A DNA stretch of 27,440 bases from a virus (lineage: Duplodnaviria; Caudoviricetes). The notes under the pieces are model-generated. The model was not told where the DNA came from, made no database searches, and worked only from the letters and a program-made list of their open reading frames with translations. A program made the position numbers and the translations under genes. How positions within the stretch are numbered: position 1 is the first letter of the stretch; the number at the start of each line of letters is the position of its first letter. Location: the IMG/VR virus record IMGVR_UViG_3300033067_002280, positions 1 to 27,440 of that record. One strand, given 5' to 3'. Below, one piece after another: positions 24,998 through 27,440 of the stretch.

Positions 24998-25215
24998 CCG
25001 AGGCACAGTTCCAGGCGCGCACCGAAGCGCTCGCGGACATCGTCGTGCACGCCGCCGACGACATCCACGCGCTGAACAAAGAAACGCCCGACGTGAAAGA
25101 GGCGAAGCGATACCTGTCGCTCGCACGCACGGCGGCACAAGAATCCGAGCTGTGGCTCGGCAAGGCCATGGTGGCCTTCGCCAGCACAATCTCGGTAAAC
25201 AGCCCCCAGGGCTAG
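24994..25215 (+). CDS. Small helical-hairpin protein resembling Acb2/Tad1-type anti-defence sponges
   Basis: 73 aa with GTGA coupling. RYLSLARTAAQESELWLGKAM matches the remembered R-x-x-S/A-L-A-x-T-x-x-Q/E-E-x-x-x-W pattern. Confidence 0.5.
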   Translation: MTEAQFQARTEALADIVVHAADDIHALNKETPDVKEAKRYLSLARTAAQESELWLGKAMVAFASTISVNSPQG

Positions 25216-25227
25216 GAGATAGGGACC

Positions 25228-25470
25228 ATGTCAGACGTTATTTTGTACAAGAAGCAGAAGGAACAATTGGCCAAGGCAGCAGGCAAGGTGTTCGAGGCGC
25301 AAGCCGCGTTCGCCCAAGTGCTCGCCGGCATCGGCATCAGCCCCGTCGGCACGCCGGTCAAGGCGAGCGAGACGGCGGACGTCGCCCCGAAGAAGAAGGC
25401 CGGTCGCAAGCCGAAGAAAGAAGGCAAGCAACCGGTGACCAAGAACGGCTCTGCCTTCGCTGAGATGTAA
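25228..25470 (+). CDS. Small basic protein, possibly DNA-binding
   Basis: 80 aa with an amphipathic N-helix and KKKAGRKPKK. AGGAG/AGGGA upstream. Confidence 0.7.
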   Translation: MSDVILYKKQKEQLAKAAGKVFEAQAAFAQVLAGIGISPVGTPVKASETADVAPKKKAGRKPKKEGKQPVTKNGSAFAEM

Positions 25471-27366
25471 ATGAGCAAGCTCGCCGCGAGACTTCTCGAA
25501 GAGGACGGAGGCCTGGAGTCGCTCAACCGCAACTCCAACCTGTCGAAGTCGTTCCGAGAGAAGGGCGTGTTCCACTCGGCTGAGTTCGTGCGCGTGCGGG
25601 ACCTCCCGCGCCGCATCCTGCTCGGCTTGGAGGACAGCGACGAAGCGGACCGCTTCGCCATCGCGGTGAGCAACTTCCTCTGGTGGGCGAACGGAGGCAC
25701 GGGTCCGAGCCCCCTGCCCCTTCGCCCGCTACAGGCGGCCATGCTCGTCGACTGCGCCGAGCACGAGGGCCTCCTGGCCTCGCTGCCGGTCGGCGCCGGC
25801 AAGAGCTGGGTCGCCGGCCTGTTCACGGTCGAGCCGGGCTACGTGCCCCCAGGCCTCAAGCAACGACTCGACGGCCTCTGGCCGCAAATCGAGTGCGAGC
25901 GCCCGGTGCTCGTGCTCCCACCTTCGGTGCGCGATGAGATGGAGCGGGACGTGCTCCCGAACCTGAAGAGCGCCTACCACATTCACCCGAACTTGAAGCT
26001 CGTCAGCTACAGCGAACTGCAACAGGACAAGCGCGCCAAGATACTCCACGAGCTGCGCCCTGACTTCCTTTGCTTCGACGAGATACACAACCTGAAGAAC
26101 CTCACCTCCGCGCGCACCAAGCGCGTGAAGGTCTACGTCAAGGCCGAGCCCGAGACCATCGTCTCCGGATTCACCGCGACGCTCGCCGACGACTCGCTGC
26201 GCGACTTCCACCACATCGTGCTCTGGACGCATCCGCTCGACCCGCCGCTGCCGCGCGGCTGGAAGGAGCTGGAGGACTGGGCCAACGCGGTCGACGCCGA
26301 CGTGGACATGATGTCGCGCCTGCCGCCAGGAGCGCTGCTCGAACTATGCCGCCCAGGCGAGTCGCCACGCGAAGGCCTCCAGCGCCGCATGGCCGAGACG
26401 TCGGGCTTCGTGCTCGCCACCGAGCCCAGCATCGACGTGCCTATCGTGCTCACCGCGCGCCGCGACGTGGTGCTGCCTCGCTCGGTCATGGACGCGCTCG
26501 CGATGCTCGACGACGCATGGGTGACGCCCGACGGCGAGCCCGTCGCCGACGCCTCGCGCTGGGCCGCGCACTCGCGCACGCTCGCGCTCGGGTTCTATTA
26601 CCGCTGGGACTGGAGCCGCATCACACGCGACGGCAAGCCCGACTTCGAGTGGCTGGAGGCCCGGCGCGACTGGGCCAAGGCCGTCGCCGAGGTGTGCCGC
26701 CGAGGCATATTCGCGTTCGACACCGAGCTGCGCGTGCGCAACGGCGCCAAGCGCGGCGAGCTGCCCAAGTCATTGCAGGCCTCGACACTCCGCGCGCTGG
26801 AGGCATGGGAGGAGCAATCGAAGAAGCCCAAGCCTCCGACGGTCGCCACGTGGCTCACCGAGGACGTGATGAACTGGGCGCTGCGCTGGGCCGACGAGCA
26901 CACCGGCATCGTCTGGTGCGAGCAGACCGCCGTGCAGGAGTGGTTCGCCGCGCGGCGGCCCGAGCGCACCTACGTCGCCGGCATGAACGAGGAGCTGCGA
27001 ACGCTCGCGCGCTCGAAGGCCGCCGGCACCTACAGCATCTTCTGCTCGCGGCCCTCGCACTACCAAGGCAAGAACCTGCCTGCTTGGTCGGACAACCTCG
27101 TGCTCACGCCGGGGCCCAACGCGAAGATTTGGGAACAGAAGCTCGGGCGCACGCACCGCTCGGGACAGAAGGCGAAGGTCGTGCGCTGCGACCTGCTCGC
27201 GCACACCTACGTCTCGATACGCTCGATGGCGACTGCGATGAGGCGCGCGCAGTTCATTCGCGAGCAACTCGGCGCGTCGCAGAAGCTGCTCGTGTGCGAG
27301 GCTGTCGGCTGGAACAAAAGCGAAGATTTCGCGTCGGACAGTCTGGACCGAGGGTTCGATAATTGA
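25471..27366 (+). CDS. SF2 (SNF2-related) helicase/ATPase
   Basis: Q-motif LRPLQ, Walker A VGAGKS, DEIH, TAT, G.NL and motif VI EQKLGRTHRSGQ. Confidence 0.88.
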   Translation: MSKLAARLLEEDGGLESLNRNSNLSKSFREKGVFHSAEFVRVRDLPRRILLGLEDSDEADRFAIAVSNFLWWANGGTGPSPLPLRPLQAAMLVDCAEHEGLLASLPVGAGKSWVAGLFTVEPGYVPPGLKQRLDGLWPQIECERPVLVLPPSVRDEMERDVLPNLKSAYHIHPNLKLVSYSELQQDKRAKILHELRPDFLCFDEIHNLKNLTSARTKRVKVYVKAEPETIVSGFTATLADDSLRDFHHIVLWTHPLDPPLPRGWKELEDWANAVDADVDMMSRLPPGALLELCRPGESPREGLQRRMAETSGFVLATEPSIDVPIVLTARRDVVLPRSVMDALAMLDDAWVTPDGEPVADASRWAAHSRTLALGFYYRWDWSRITRDGKPDFEWLEARRDWAKAVAEVCRRGIFAFDTELRVRNGAKRGELPKSLQASTLRALEAWEEQSKKPKPPTVATWLTEDVMNWALRWADEHTGIVWCEQTAVQEWFAARRPERTYVAGMNEELRTLARSKAAGTYSIFCSRPSHYQGKNLPAWSDNLVLTPGPNAKIWEQKLGRTHRSGQKAKVVRCDLLAHTYVSIRSMATAMRRAQFIREQLGASQKLLVCEAVGWNKSEDFASDSLDRGFDN

Positions 27367-27440
27367 TAGCTACTACTGCGCGCGCTGCATGGTGCAGCAC
27401 CGCAGAACAGCAACACGGACATGGAGAAGAACACGATGGG

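Larger units (their letters stand above)
1..27440. mobile_element. Tailed bacteriophage/prophage genome segment (myovirus-like morphogenesis arm plus divergent replication arm)
   Basis: Canonical order TerS-TerL-portal-MuF-protease-scaffold-MCP-neck-sheath-tube on the minus strand. Primase, Cas4-like nuclease and helicase lie on the plus strand. No recognisable host housekeeping genes. Confidence 0.97.

Noticed and set aside
27376-27440. Hairpin (CTGCG..GCTGCA-TGG-TGCAGC..CGCAG) and a possible next gene start near 27436
   Set aside because: There is no U-tract and the region is truncated by the window edge, so there is too little sequence to call.

Overview
This window is a contiguous piece of a GC-rich tailed dsDNA phage or prophage, probably with a contractile tail. 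It has two divergent arms separated by a ~380-bp non-coding region (19722-20101) that holds a ~114-bp imperfect palindrome. The minus-strand arm, in transcription order, encodes a ParB-like protein, Vsr, a C5-cytosine methyltransferase, TerS, TerL, a Zn-ribbon orphan, a portal with a repeat-bearing C-terminal tail and a MuF-like minor head protein. These are followed by an unusual 8-gene cassette of fibre/appendage-like proteins, an XkdF-type prohead protease carrying a degenerate uracil-DNA-glycosylase-like domain, a scaffold with nested starts, a decoration protein, the major capsid protein, head-tail/neck proteins, sheath, tube and a truncated tail chaperone. The plus-strand arm encodes a primase-helicase, a Cas4-like nuclease with a probable internal start, small proteins including an Acb2/Tad1-like candidate anti-defence sponge, and an SF2 helicase. 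I saw no integrase, lysis genes, tRNA or CRISPR array. The best candidates for new biology are the protease/UDG-like/scaffold arrangement, the head-module fibre cassette, the Acb2/Tad1-like gene, the central palindrome and two structured intergenic RNAs. All family assignments come from motif recognition by eye and are unverified by search.
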